From the NCBI GenBank assembly GCA_045837725.1, contig JBEWZL010000044.1:124001-188000 (forward strand): a stretch of 64,000 bases of DNA. The letters run 5' to 3'. The stretch is from Vermamoeba vermiformis. Taxonomy: Eukaryota. The position numbers were made by a program, and so were the translations under genes. Shown here piece after piece: positions 36,078 through 49,917 of the stretch. A model generated the notes under the pieces. It was not told the origin of the DNA, made no database searches, and saw nothing but the letters and a program-made list of their open reading frames with translations. Position 1 is the first letter of the stretch; each line of letters starts with the position of its first letter.

Positions 36078-38484
36078 TTATTTTTGATCGTAATTGCTGT
36101 AAGCACTCTTCATATTGGCGCGGTTTGACGTTTGATATGAAGCAGTCTTAGTTGTGGCACGTTGTTGATAGTGAGCAGAAGCTTAAAAGAAAACAAAGTT
36201 AGATCTGGATCGTGCAGCAGATGTACTTTTAGCTCGACTTACTGTAGCCAGAAATAGTCTGATTGCCGTAAGAACTGTACTCCTCGTGACTTCTCAAGCC
36301 CTTTGCTGCTTCTTCCAAGTCGGTGACCAATCCTTTGCAATAGGGGTCGTCAGCCGAGATCGAGTTCTTGATGGTTTGCACGGCTTTGTTGATAACGTCA
36401 CGAGCAGCGTCAAGTTTGCTCTTGTCTCCAAGAGACTTGGCCTCTTGCAAGGTGTCAGCGGCAAGAATTCTGTTCTTTTGTTTGTCGATAGAATAGTTAG
36501 GCTTATGCTCCGTGTCAGTAGCAGATCTCTTGATGGAGATGGTTGTTGAGGCCTCTTCTTGTTGCGAGCTGATAACGTTGAAGTATGATAGCTTGACTTT
36601 AACAATTTCTTGAGCTATAGAAAACACGAGGTTAGCACTTAATCATAAGTTCTTGAGCAGATGCGACAAAGCGAATCTGGATGCGCATCCGGGTCGCGAA
36701 GATGAAAACTTACCATCAACATCGCTGTCTGTCTTAGAAAGGGAGATTTCGCACAAAAGATCCTTTTCTTCCTCGCTTTGAATGTCTCCGACAGTGACTG
36801 TGTACGATTGACCAGCAACCTTTTCAGTCACTTTGAACTTAGTCTTCAACTTCTTGATGGTCACGCCATTGGTCGCTTCGAACGTGACGTCAATGTTCTG
36901 GCCAACAACTGACAACAAACCACCGAGGCAGTCGGCGAAAGCGTCAGGGATCACTAGAAAAGTTGTTAAAACTTCGTGCACAACACGAATCAGAAATGAT
37001 AGAACTTACTGTCTTGATTTTCAACGAAGAAGTAAACACCGTTAGCAGTGTCAGCAATAGCCCTAGATAACATATTAGTGATCTGAAATATAACGAAGGA
37101 TTCATGAACCATACTTCAACATGTTGGCATCGTGGTCGGATCCGAAGCCAAAAGTGTGAACGGAAGGACCAGAGTACGCCTTAGGAGCTTCAGTCTCGGG
37201 GACCTTGGCGGTCTCGAGCTCTGGTGTATGAGCGGGGACTGATACACTGACAGGCAACAGTTGTGGCAAGGAGCCGTAACTGTTTTGAGACACGCTAGGC
37301 ATGAGGTTCTGTTGCACGTGTGGTTGATAGCTGCGGTTTTGTTGCATCGGAGGGAGAGAGCCGTAGTTGCCAGCAGTGGGTGTGGGCTTGTGATTGGGGT
37401 TGATCATTGCCTTGACAATATCCTCGCTAAAGACAAGTACCGAAATGTCAGTCCATGCACGTGTCAATAATAAGCCTGTCATAGAGACGGTAGCATCTGA
37501 ATGTCACTGTTTACGTACGTTTTAGTAAAGCCGTGATTGGCAAGACCGTCGGTAAAGACTAAAACAGAAGCTACTTCATTGGTATCAGCTCTGAAAAATT
37601 TGTTAGATGTAAGATCGTCGAACTTAGATAACTAACTAGTTTTACATTTAGTTCTTATTTGAACGGCATTATCATAAGTTAATTAGAAATAAATTAATTT
37701 CGTTGAGTACTTACTGAGCTCGAGTGCGGAGCAAATCCAAACCTTTGAGCAATCCACCGCTCAAATCAGTAGATCCGCGTTCCTTGATAGTTTTGATCAA
37801 TTGAGATGCACGATCTTTGCCACCAGCGTCCATTTTAGTCAAAGGCAACAAGACATCGATGCTTGAATCGAACAAGACAATGCCTACACAGAAAATCAGA
37901 AAAATGCCTATCGTATAGAAAACTCGCCAAGTGCGCGTTGCATTATAATATTATAAAAATGCGTCATGATAGAATAAATATTAAAATTTCCTCCCTAAGT
38001 GAGTTTTCTTTGATGCGTCTCATCTCTGAAATATTTTTTAAGACCTACCAAGTTTATCATCGCTCTTAAGTTGTTTAACTACGAATTCCAATGTTTCACG
38101 GACCTATGTTTAATAAAGAATAAAGTTAGTCTTTCTAGAATTCAGATTTACGAATGGCGAATTGATTTTATTCTTCCAAACTTACCAATTTAATTTTGTC
38201 GCCAGCCATACTACCTGAACGATCAATGACGGTTACAAGATCGATAGGAGCTCTAATAAATTAAATAATTAATATTTTGTTTTTCAAAGTTTTCTCGATG
38301 AGTTAATGTCGTGAATAATATGGCTTGATTACGTCAAAGAAACGATTGCATACCTCTTAGACTCTTCGTAGAAAGGAGCCTTCAAATTCGCACAAACCAA
38401 AAAGGTTTCAATTTGGGATGTATTGGCAGTGGCGAATTCAGCGTGGCCAGTGAGGTCGATTTTCAAAATATTGTTCTTTTCCAT
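36078..38484 (-). CDS. von Willebrand factor A domain protein (spliced)
   Basis: MIDAS DRSGSM, GSTDLSGGL, VFTDGLAN, VHTFGFGSDHD, DAFADCLGGLLSVV and C-terminal HYQQR; Pro/Gln-rich insert. Confidence 0.9.
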
Positions 38485-39050
38485 TGTGTCGTGTGTGTTG
38501 TGTGGTTGTTAGAGGAGTAAAAAATGACGCAGTGGTTCGTATCGTTTTTAACAACCCCGGAAAGGTACACAAAGAATTTTCTGAGCTTCAAATTACCTAC
38601 GCTGAGAATTCCATTCTTATTATTTTGGTACCTGGATATGAAATCAGCTTTGTATTCGTAGACCAATGTTCAGTACCCATCAGAACATTGCCATGCTTCC
38701 AGCGCAGATGGCAGTGAGATGGTCGTCGACTACTTGAAGCGAACCTCTTCGTGCATGAGCGAAACACGTCTTGGTAATTCTCGTACGTCTAAACATCCAT
38801 ATCGGTTGGGTTTATTCCATTGGGAGTTTTCACTGAAATTTCTGCGACTACAAATAGTACAGTAACGTTGTCGCGGGATGTCGATGCATCCATTTACTCC
38901 CATATTCGGGGTCCCTGCCAAATCGGATCTCCTCCTGCAGTTCGGTTTTAAATTTGAGAAATACAGCGCGCTGTAGAAATCCGCAAGCGTAATAACGCGG
39001 TGCTTTCGGTTTTCGAAGGAGTTTTTATTACATTACACTATAGCGACGCA

Positions 39051-41202
39051 ATGAGAGGTTTTTTACTCCTATTTATAGCTTGCTTCGTGGTCGCAGAGGC
39101 CAAGAGGCTGATGGTGAAAGTAGATTCAACATCGGCAACCGCAGACGTTGAAGCAGTTTTGGGCTATTATGGCGAGATTTCTGTTCGTTTGCCTCAAATT
39201 AACACTTACTTTCTTGAAGTAAGTCATAATTTAATGCGACACACGAGTAACTAAAATACAATTTTTTTATTTTTTGATCAGGTTACGGATACAAACCAGA
39301 AGCGTTCGATTCTGAGCCTCCTCGAGCAAAATACAGCCGTAATTAAAGTAGTAGAGGATGGCGAAGGTACTATTAACGGATTCGGTTCCTATTTTACCAT
39401 CTTCTACTAGGGTCATACGGATTCGCCAAGCCAGACGACACTCGTATTGACGAACAGTGGGCTTTAAATGCGCTAAATGCCTTCGATATCTGGGAGATTT
39501 CGCCTATCAATCCTGAATTAAATTTGGTTCGTAATTAATTTTATTGAATTATTATTTTAATTTTAATTCTGATCTGTATAGACAATCGCGATGTGCGACG
39601 GTGGATATCGGTTGTCTCACGAAGATCTTGTCGGAGTGCATTTTTATCCTGGTTACAATTTAAAGGACAACATCCCTGATATAACAGAGTACACGGGCGA
39701 CGATCGTCACGGTAACGCTTGTTTCCAACAATATCATTACGATTATTAGTATTATTTTTTGTAACTAATGCGGGTGATTATTTAGCTACGCATGTCATTG
39801 GTGTTATGGTTGCGATGGCCAACAATAGCAAAGGCATTGCTGGCATGTTGAATGGAGTCAGTATTTTGCCTTACAGAGTGAAGTCAATGTCCAGTTGGGT
39901 CCAATGCATCGTTTATTCAACTGACTTAGGAGCAGATGTGATTAATTTGAGCATCCAGGTAATATTCTTTTTTTCAAACCTAGCCAACTAATTAGTATTA
40001 TTATTATTTTAGGCCAACTATAATGACTCGTTCCTGTACGATGCTGTCAATTATGCCTATGAAAATGGTATGTGAAATTTCCCATGTCAATTAAATATTT
40101 GCTGACTTGACATTGTTAGGTGTTTTTGTATCTGCATGTGGTGGCAACACAGGTTACACCATGTCTTATCCTGGCATGGTGCCCAATGCTTTTGGAGTTG
40201 GTTGGATCAAATCTGATCTCTCAATCAGTTCAGGTTCTGTTACAGGCCCACATATTGACGTAGTGGCACCAGGGGCATCTATTTTAAGCACAACTTATGC
40301 TCCAGACACTTATGAGAGTTGGGCTGGTTGTTCAATGGCCACACCTTATGTCTCTGCATCTGCTGCCTTGTTAAAGAATGCCAATCCAAATTTATCTGTG
40401 CAAGAGATGTATGATCTATTCACTTCTACTGCCATTGATCTGGGTGATCCTGGTCGGGTATGTGATAACAGATCATGTTAAATTTACCAGATGAGCTAAC
40501 TTTTTGCATGACATAAAGGATGATATTTATGGCTATGGTCTTATCAACCCTTTGCTAGCAATCAAAAGTAAGTCTTATTTACCAACACCCAGTTTTTTAA
40601 TACTTATCACTCCAGTTGCCAAAAATGTACCACCAACGTTCAGTACTGATCCACTCCAGCTTGTCTTCAGTGAAGCAACAAATTTCACTGTTACCATTGC
40701 TTGCTCTGGTAAGTTCACTATTATGTTCATTCATTCATTGAGTGCAACACAAAAACTTCTGGGATTGTTGATTATGAACAGTTGTTCAAGGTCAATTCTC
40801 ACAATTATTGACATTTGTAATTTGCACAGGACCAGAATCATATGATAATTGCACATCATTTAATGTGGACAACTTGCCTGAATTCATGAATGCCACATTC
40901 ACTGAAACAGGAATTATCACCATTGATGCCAATCCAACCGATGAAACTGGTAGCTATGAAATCAAGCTTACAGCAACTGACAACTTCCGTGGTGAAGTAA
41001 CACAGACTATAACCATTGAAAGTGAGTTCCAAAAATATTTTTGGCCTGAAATATAATTATTAATGCTCAATTTACTTTAGTTGTTTCGAAGGCAAGCTTG
41101 GTTCCAGCACGTTCAATGACACCAGCTGGTCAAGTATCAACAGCTCCAGTACTAGCTGCCATAGCTCAGTGTTTTGTTGCTGCAATTGTGGCTGTTTTGT
41201 AA
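39051..41202 (+). CDS. Subtilisin-like serine protease (S8) with signal peptide, Ig-like domain and hydrophobic C-terminal anchor
   Basis: IAMCDGG, HATHVIG, DVINLS, IDVVAPG, GCSMATPYVS and YGYGLIN motifs; GSYEIKLTATD Ig/cadherin-like segment. Confidence 0.9.
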
Positions 41203-41284
41203 ACTAATATATTTAAATTAATTTTGTCTAGAAACACATATTTTCAAATATAATAAACTTACTCAAGATTTGTACCTCAATTTA

Positions 41285-44200
41285 TTATGGCTCCTTTTCA
41301 TCGTTATTCTCAGCTTCATCACTTTCATATTCAAATAACGCTGGAGCAGGCTCGTTGTTGTTATTCAGATTTGTAGCTGGCAATCTATTGTAATCAAAGG
41401 TGTTCTGCTCATTGGTATTGTTATTGACATTATCATTATTGCCGTTATTATCAAACACTATGGCTGGCTTTTCTTTAAATTCTAACGCCGCTTTGTCTTC
41501 TTGATCCACATCCGTGTTCGTATTGTTATTACTATTATTGTTATTATTATTCTGTTGTTGATGCTCTAGCCAGTATTGGTAGTGTATTTCTTCGAAGCTT
41601 AGGTTACGATACTTCTCGTGGATTGTGATGCTTTGGATCGTGTGGATCTGAAAGAATTCGTAATTAGTCTATTGCACAGCTGGTATATAATGTATACGAC
41701 ATGACATCATTAGTTTAATACTATTATGTGTATTAATGAAACAGCTAATGAGAGTTCTTACCGAGTACTGTGACAATTCTTTGTGCGCGTGCTGCGAGGG
41801 AACTGAAAAACGGTAACAGTTAGTTATTAACGGTATTAATAGTAGTAATATATTACTATAGTCTATATACTTACTATTCACCCTGTTCTCAAAGTCAAAC
41901 AGCTGCACTTCTCCCTCAACGGTTCCACAAGCGATCATAAACGCGTTAAAATCAATACAGCACGAGTTCGCTAGACACAAGAGCGTTAGTAAATGCTATA
42001 TTTTCATGAACAGACGGTTCAGTGAACGAGAGAATCGTACCTATTTTGTGCTGCACTTGATACATGTAAAAGAAGTTCCAACTCCACAACGAGAACGAGC
42101 GACGAACGGAATCCAAACTAGGAAAAAAGTTAATATCATTCATGTTAATGAACATAATGCTAATAGATCATCTCATCGAACCTATTTAATATACTTAAAG
42201 TGAAAGGTTTGTGGAAAGAAAAAATTTAAAGATCCGGATGTGGTGAAAAGCACGAGTGAATTCGCTTGTCATGTTGAGCGATCGACTATTAAGTATCAAT
42301 TATATATATTAGGTGTCACTTACGTTACTATTCTGCTCTCGGCAAGTTTCATGTCTTGCGTGAAGTGTCGCTTAATCTTGATCAATTCACCACCCTTCGC
42401 TGTCCACAAACACACAATGTCGTTCAAAGGATAGCACGCGATAACGATATCGTCATCGAACTACATAAATAACGAGATTAGAACAAGAAATATAAAGAAT
42501 AAAATGCCTTCTGGGTAGATTTAGGATCAGTCCGAAGCGAGATTCGGGATTCGTTCTTGAAGTTTGCAAGATCTGAATAGGATAATATATTATATAGGAG
42601 CTACTTACTTGAACTTTTCCAATTTCAAAGTTCAACAGCTCCACTTTGGGATACAACGAACTCAGAGTTTTGTAGGTTTGGACCACGAAGCCATCGGTGA
42701 TTGAATACATGCTAAATAGGAAGGAAATAAATAAGAACAAATAATAAAGCATATGTTATAATATCTTAGTATTACCATAGTTGGTGCGCGTTAGCTATGA
42801 TAAGTCGATCTCCACGAAGTTGAATGGATCTTACTCCAGACGGGTCACAACCTTCGTGCGGATTAAATTCTTGCGGAACTTTAACGTTCGTGAACGATGG
42901 CCCGGAGTTTGCTCCGTAATTCTGCGCCATATTGATGAACTTCTTGAACTTGCGTTTAGCGGCACTAGGACTGCTTTCTTCTTCTTTAGCTTGATACACG
43001 ATCAAGCTAAGAGCCTTTATATATAATTAGAATACATAATATTAGCCAAATAAGCCATAAAGTCTTTACCTGAGCTGACGGATGCACGATCGATCTGATC
43101 AACTCGCCAGTAGAAAGGTTGTAGATGCGCCTAATAATGACAATGCGTTAAGCAATGTATTAGGGCATATATTTCTATATTTACGTACACTACGGAGGAC
43201 TTGCACGTCGCGGTGACCATCACGTTTTGCCGCTTTGAGATCTCGATCTGATTGCATACCTCTTCAATATAGACTCGTCTTTGGAACTCTAATTTCGTCT
43301 TTGTGACTAAAAAGACGTCGCAGCTGCAAGAAACAACGAATTAAATTAAATTCAATTTCGAAGAAAATATATCTGACGAAGGATTTGAACTTGACTTACT
43401 AAGGAGCATCGGCCAGTGTAACAGCAAGAATATTGTCGTCGAAATGAAAGGTCTCGTAAGCATCGGCAAAATGTGCTTCTGGTTCCTGCTTAAAAATTCC
43501 TTGACCAGATCCGTTTGTGTTGGCTTCGGATTCATTTTCTTCATTTTCTTCGTCTTCATTATTGTTGTATAATATATCATCCAGTTCATCCTCTTCTTCT
43601 AACAGCGCTAATGAAGGCGAGCGAACATTTCGTTGTTTCTTCGGCGACGCTGATCTTTTTGTAGGCGTACTTTCCAAATTAGGAAAAGCTGATTCATTCG
43701 TATTATCGTTCTCTTCCTTATTATTATTCGTTTTAATGCGTTTAATAGGACTTTCAAAATCGTCTACGCTTTCATTCAAGCCTCTTTTTCTCTTCAAATT
43801 TTTGCTTTTGAACAACGGGCTTCGTAATGAGGGTTCTCCTACGTTGTCCAAACTCATATTCAAGACATTATTGAATTCTTCCGTAGACTTTTCTTCAGTT
43901 CGCTCCACTTTTGTCTCGTTTTGAGTACCAAATCCAAAATTTTGTTCGATCAGATCTGGATCAACTTCTCCTTGATCTCCCAACCCGTTATTATTGCTAA
44001 TAATATTCATAGTATTATCGTTCGTCTCTTCTGCATATTCAGGCGGCTCTTCGTAATCTTCAGCAACTTCATTAAAATTTAATTTTCGTTGCACTGGACT
44101 GCCCAAATTAGTATTATTATTATTTTGGCTACTAGGCTGACTGCCGCTAAAATTAGCGTTCGATTCTTGCGTGCTAACCGCTTCAAAATTATTCATAATA

Positions 44201-45125
44201 GCGCCATCGTTATTCTGCTTTGTAATTCCATCGTCGCTACTCGCCAAATTTTCTTCTATTTTTGGCATTGGAATTCTTTTCTCGTTCCATAAAAAGTCAC
44301 CTGTCTTGCTGTCGCACACAAATAACGAACTCATGCTGATAAACACGACCTTGTGCGAGTCAAATTGAACTTTTGTGACTTTTTGTGGGTACAATGCGTT
44401 TGGATTTTGCCTCACCCTATTGACACGCGATTAGTACTTCATGAAAAATAAAAAAATTCGCAAATTTAGCCCCCATAATAGTCAACAGTAACCCGAGTAA
44501 ATTTAGATCTAAAATTTGGACGGGTGATCTGACCGAAAAGAATTAAAATCAATTCTTACAAAGGAGAAAATCCACTAATAGGAGGTCTAATATGCATCAC
44601 ATTCGCAACACCTTCTTCCCACAATCGTTCAATGGTACGGCGCCGAAAATAGGCTTTGCGATAAGAAGATTCTTCCACGCGAAGATGTTCTGAGATCTAT
44701 AATCAAAATTGCATTGTTAATATTTAAATTAATACTATTAGCTTCGTAGCATAATTATATTGATTCAAACGAGCTTGCCTTAAAGCGCTTCTTGCATCTA
44801 TTTTTCCAATACTGCTTATCGTTGGCTGTATCGCGCCATTCTCGTGAAACCTGTTATTTATAATATTATTAATTTTTTAAAGCTATAATACACCAGGGAG
44901 AATTAATAATTCTGTCAAAATCGGATTTCAAGCAATAAAATGAAATTCTGATAGAAATAAACTGTACGAACCTGATTGACTATAAAATGGTCTTCTGGAG
45001 CCAAGAAGGACAGAATCTAAATTAAATAAATTAATACAGCAGATGCGATAGGAGATGTGATTTTCAAAAATTAAAATGCGGCTTACATGAAAAGCCAATT
45101 CCAAAGGAAGAACGTCTCCGAACAT
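41285..45125 (-). CDS. F-box / WD40-like protein with long acidic, Asn-rich low-complexity insert (spliced)
   Basis: MFGDVLPLELAFH F-box start; W..Y...RF; ACGTVEGEVQLFDF; basic NLS-like LKRKR. Confidence 0.7.
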
Positions 45126-45335
45126 TACGCCAATGTTATGCAATAATAATAGTATTAATTGTGTTGCATAGTCGATCAGGCCAAATTTTGAAATGAAACA
45201 ATAGAGCCGTTATTTTTTGGCTCGTTTCAATTATTATATTTATTGTAAATAGAATACAGCATTACTTATTTATTTATTACATTAGAAAGACCAAATAATG
45301 TCGAGGTGAAGCCGGATTAACAAATTGAATTGGAG

Positions 45336-47696
45336 ATGAGCCGAACTTTTCTTTCGCCAGAGGAAGAGGCGTTAAGCAAAGACAGCGTCAATCAAACAAT
45401 TAAGAATTGGGTCATATCCTTACAATTACTTGAATTTAATTGCGCATCTGCTGGTTACGTGGCAATTTTGCTGCATCCGAAATTGACTTGTTTAATCAAT
45501 CAAATTAATTTTTATAATTTTTTAATATTACACTAATATGATATAATTCAATGTTGCTCCTTAATTCAAGCTTACTCCTCGCTAGTATTTTTTAGCATTT
45601 TATTTGCTATTGCCTACGTAATACTGGCATACTACAAGAAGGACAAGTATAAAGAAGGTAATAATATAATTAATTAAATAATTATAAAAAAGCAACGCGA
45701 TTTGTGGCAATTATTGAGCCTGTAGATATTTCTTCGGAAAATTTAAATTACAGAGTCAGATCTGCAGGCTCGTAAACACTTCATTTTATATTTTACTCGT
45801 TTTACCAAGCAATTAATATTTATTTATTCGATGCAGGACAGAGATACCAATTTACGTAAGTTAGATCCAGAACTCAAAATTTCAGTCGCTTACATGAGCT
45901 TGAACAGTATACTACTATGCAGTTTTGGCTTAATGATGGCTCTTGGTGCCGTAATATTGGTAAATAGATATAAATTATTGCAAAATCGTTTTTTTGGATG
46001 GAGATCTGATCTGCATTCAAAATTCAGGTACCAGTTACGATATTCAGCCACGATTTAATGCTACAATTCCCGGAAAATTATATTATTAAGTGGATGAATG
46101 ATACGTTAATCTATGGCTTATGGAACTACATGTTTATGGGCATTAGTCTTTGCGTATTTATTATTCTGCCTTTTGCGTATTTTTATCAAGAAGCGCAAGG
46201 CTTCGGATCCGGCAAGGGACTATTGCCTCCTTTATACGAAGCAGGCCTAGTACTATTATTATTTGGGTAAGTATTCGTTTACGCTAATTTTGAATGAATT
46301 TCCAAATAAGGAAATAATTTGTAATGGATCTTGTTTTTGATAGAGCTACTGTTGGCGGCATCATTTTCGTTATAGATAGCGTCGTCAATTTTGTGCCCGA
46401 GAGTCTATCGGCGTATCTACCGTTCTTGTACTCGATCATTACAGGTTTTGGATCTCTTTTTGTAATGGGTACGAGATCTCGATCCAACTCACTTCAATTC
46501 ATAATCTAATATATTCTATTATAGGATTTGTTCCACTCGGGTTTACATCGTTGACTAAATCAGGCTTAAGTTTGTTTTCAACGTACAAACATTTTCAAAG
46601 TGCGCGAGATCAAGAAAAAACTTTATTACTGGAAAAGCACGCCATTGAATTTCAGTTACAAAGTGAGTATTTATTTTATTTATAAATAATTGTAGTAGTT
46701 GATGAAGGGATTAATTACTTTGGGCAGATCTGAAAAGCCAATGGCTGTCGGAAAAAAAGCGAGAAAAATTAATGACGAAAATGCATACAATTCAGGTACG
46801 CAACTATTTTCCGTATAAATTACGAGTATATAGTAACATATTATATTCTATAGAATCATTTAGAGCGAGGATTCAGTTTTGGATCCGTCGAAGATGTTTA
46901 CGACGACATTGAACGACGAACTTTTTTTCAACGAGGATGGAAAGGTATAATATATAGTCCAAAATGAGACGTTAATTAATATTTCCTTATTTAGTAATTC
47001 GATGGTCACTGCGCAATACCTTGGCTTTCATGATCACGTGCTGCAATTTGTTGTTCCCTGGCATGATCGTGCTCCGAGGGACATTAGGCGGAACACGAAT
47101 GATATTGCTTAAAATATACGGCACTATCACGAAGAGTTCAGTGCAGGTATGTAAAATTTCCTTATAAGGCAACCAAAAAAATTCTCGCAATGTTAACATT
47201 TTGAATTCTAGTACTACGATGGCGTTGTGAATTTTTTGCCGTTGATTAATGGACGCATGCTCTATGCTATAGACATGTGTCTTATAATATACACCGTAGT
47301 CTCGGCCTTCGTTGGATTGTACAACAGTGTTTGGTTCCATCGCATGAAACCTCGGAAACGAGACACGCCTATTTACAAAATAGTATTGAATGTATGGATA
47401 TTACTCGTACTAAGCTCATCGATACCTATAGTAGCAAGATTATTAGGTACGTTGATTGCATTCCATAATTTTTGTTCTGATCCGTTCAATTTTTCACAGA
47501 TCTGAGCAATTTTGACTTGATGGCGTTTTATCATTATACCGAGTATATGCGCAATATATACCTGGTCCTATTGTACAAATTCATCTTCTTGCTCAAATTT
47601 GCTCAAAGATATTTTCAGTTGTTTCCATTCACGACACTTTTTCAGCGCGTGAAACAACGATTTTTGTACAGAAGTCGCAAATTAAAAGCGACGTGA
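45336..47696 (+). CDS. LMBR1/LIMR-like multi-pass membrane protein (spliced)
   Basis: YIIKWMNDTLIYGLWN, ILPFAYFYQEAQGFGSGKG, SAFVGLY, PRKRDTP and LSSSIPIVARLL motifs typical of the LMBR1 family. Confidence 0.85.
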
Positions 47697-47922
47697 ACGA
47701 ATAAAAACATGTAAATAAACGACAAATTGACAAACTGACCTATCTAATTGTATCGAATGTTATGTTCCGAAACATGTAATTCAAGACGTGTCATGATCGC
47801 TGATGTCATAGTTTGACACGTGTCAAAAGTTCGTGTCAGAAGCGTAACTCTTTCGTCACCAGAAGATGCAGTGCCTTCACGTGAGCCGTTCTCAATCAAC
47901 ATAAGAATGGATCTTTGCCATT

Positions 47923-49782
47923 TTATTTTGCATGCGTACAAATCTCTTTGATACCATAGTCTAGCCATAGTAATTGTAACCGTTTTATCGTATTCTGTTC
48001 TTTTAGGGCAGATCTGTCGATTGCGATCCGTTGCAATTTTTGGATCTGATTTTCTTGAAGAGTTGAGTTATGATCGTTTCGTTCTAAGTCTCGATCTGTA
48101 TCAACTAATAATTTTTGCAGTATTAATTCTAATATCTCGTTTGGAATTGTTGCAAAGAATCCTCGATCTGTCGACGAATGAATTATTCTGAGAATATTTA
48201 AGCAAGATATTGCTCTTCTAAACTCCATCATCATTACTCCTCTTTTGATCTTAATATCTCTAATTCGCGCAGAGCGTACGTCCCATGATGGATTGCATTG
48301 AACGATCAAAAACGGATTCGTTGTGCTGACTTGACAAATTTCTGGCCAATAATGAAACTGCCCTTTAATCCGTATTCGTTCAACTGATGTCCTATTGTCT
48401 AATGCTTCAATAAATTTCGTTGTTGGTTTATAGGACCGGCTAGTAGCAAACACCAAGATTCGGATCGAAGACGATGGATGTACTAAGTTTGAAAGATCAA
48501 ATTGATGCAATTTTTTTCCCTCGCATTGTATATGATGAGTGGAAACAAGTGTTAATTTTCGAAGCGATCTATGAGTAAAATAAGATTAGTAAAGTATTTT
48601 TTTAAGGTACATCCGGAACTTACTTCATTGAAAGTATTGATTTTTGCAGTTCTTCATCATACTTAAGTTCTTTGATGGGTACGTCTAATGCTGTTATGGT
48701 TTTAATGCCTGAAATCGACTTAATTAATGGACACATTGATACTCCAGGCAAAATTAATTTTTGTAACGACGGATGTGCCATTATTGCGGCTGCCAATGAC
48801 GTACAATCGGAGCTAGACATAATAATATCTTGTTTTTCGATAAAAACCAGTTTTTCCAAGTATTTGTTGGCATTAATAACGTCACAAAGGATCTTCTTAT
48901 CGATCGGTTGTTTTAGGCCAAAATTGAATTTGATTGATTTCAATGACCCCATTTTGACTATCGCAGGTATTAAATACTCTTCTATGTTAAATGCATAATA
49001 ACCACGTGATCCAAGCTCGAGGGCAGTAATTGAATGATTTTTTTCGAGAATTTCTGAGATCTTGCGTTCACCATCGAGTCCAAATAGTTGCAACTTTTGA
49101 ATGGTTGTATTGTTCGCTAGTCCTCTGAGACCTTCAACACATTGTGCAATAATTCCTGTTGATGAACGTCCGGGAATTGTCAAATCCAGATCTGCGATGG
49201 AGGTGTTTTTTTCCAACAATTTATGGAATATTGACGCTGATTCTGCTAAAAATCCAACGTTTGTTACTAAGCTGTTAATTTTACATTTTTTAGAAGCCAA
49301 CAGTTTGAAAAAAGTCTGGTTTGGTCGTTGTTTTCCATCACATCCGTGGCACTTAATTGCAGCGCATAATATCTATTATATTCCTCTAATAATTTAAATA
49401 TTTTGCATATTTCTGCTAATACGTGTGGAATTTTAACTACTGCAAAGCTGATCAAAAATTTGTCGTGGACTATTGAGCGAGTTTTCAATCCTTCTTGCAA
49501 TAAATTAAATGGCTCTTCTCCCGTCTCTATAGTTATTCTATTTGATCCGTCTTTCCACGATGCAGTGATTTTATCTCCGTGCTTCTTCACAAAATCTTCC
49601 CAATTTTGTTTTACGCTCTGTCGCTTAATTCGTAATGCCTAATAAATTTAATTTATTAATTTAAAATACAGGTAAGCTATTTCAATCGTAATAGTAAGCT
49701 GCATTTTAAAAAATTGGGTTGAAATCCGGATTTAAGTCTTTTGTTCGTGCTTACTGACCGTATCTTCGTCTGAATGACTCAT
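47923..49782 (-). pseudogene. LRR protein paralog 2 with 1-nt frameshift (pseudogene or sequencing error)
   Basis: Close inverted copy of 23634-25508; ACCAGGACT in paralog 1 reads ACCAGACT here (about 49316), splitting the ORF. Confidence 0.7.
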
Positions 49783-49917
49783 AGAATAAACCAAAATATC
49801 ATTTCAATAACGTGAGGTCTTAGCACGAGTTGTTGCGCGTAGTTGCTCAGATAAAATTAATCAAGAAAATCTGCAGGTCGAAAGCTCAGTAACTTTATTG
49901 TTGAGGACCATTGTTGA

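Noticed and set aside
41390-41560. (TTA/TTG)n runs, also at about 44110 and 62592
   Set aside because: They encode poly-Asn tracts; ordinary low complexity.
43517-43924. 135-aa Ser/Phe/Leu-rich + strand ORF
   Set aside because: Reverse complement of a Glu/Lys/Asn-rich exon.
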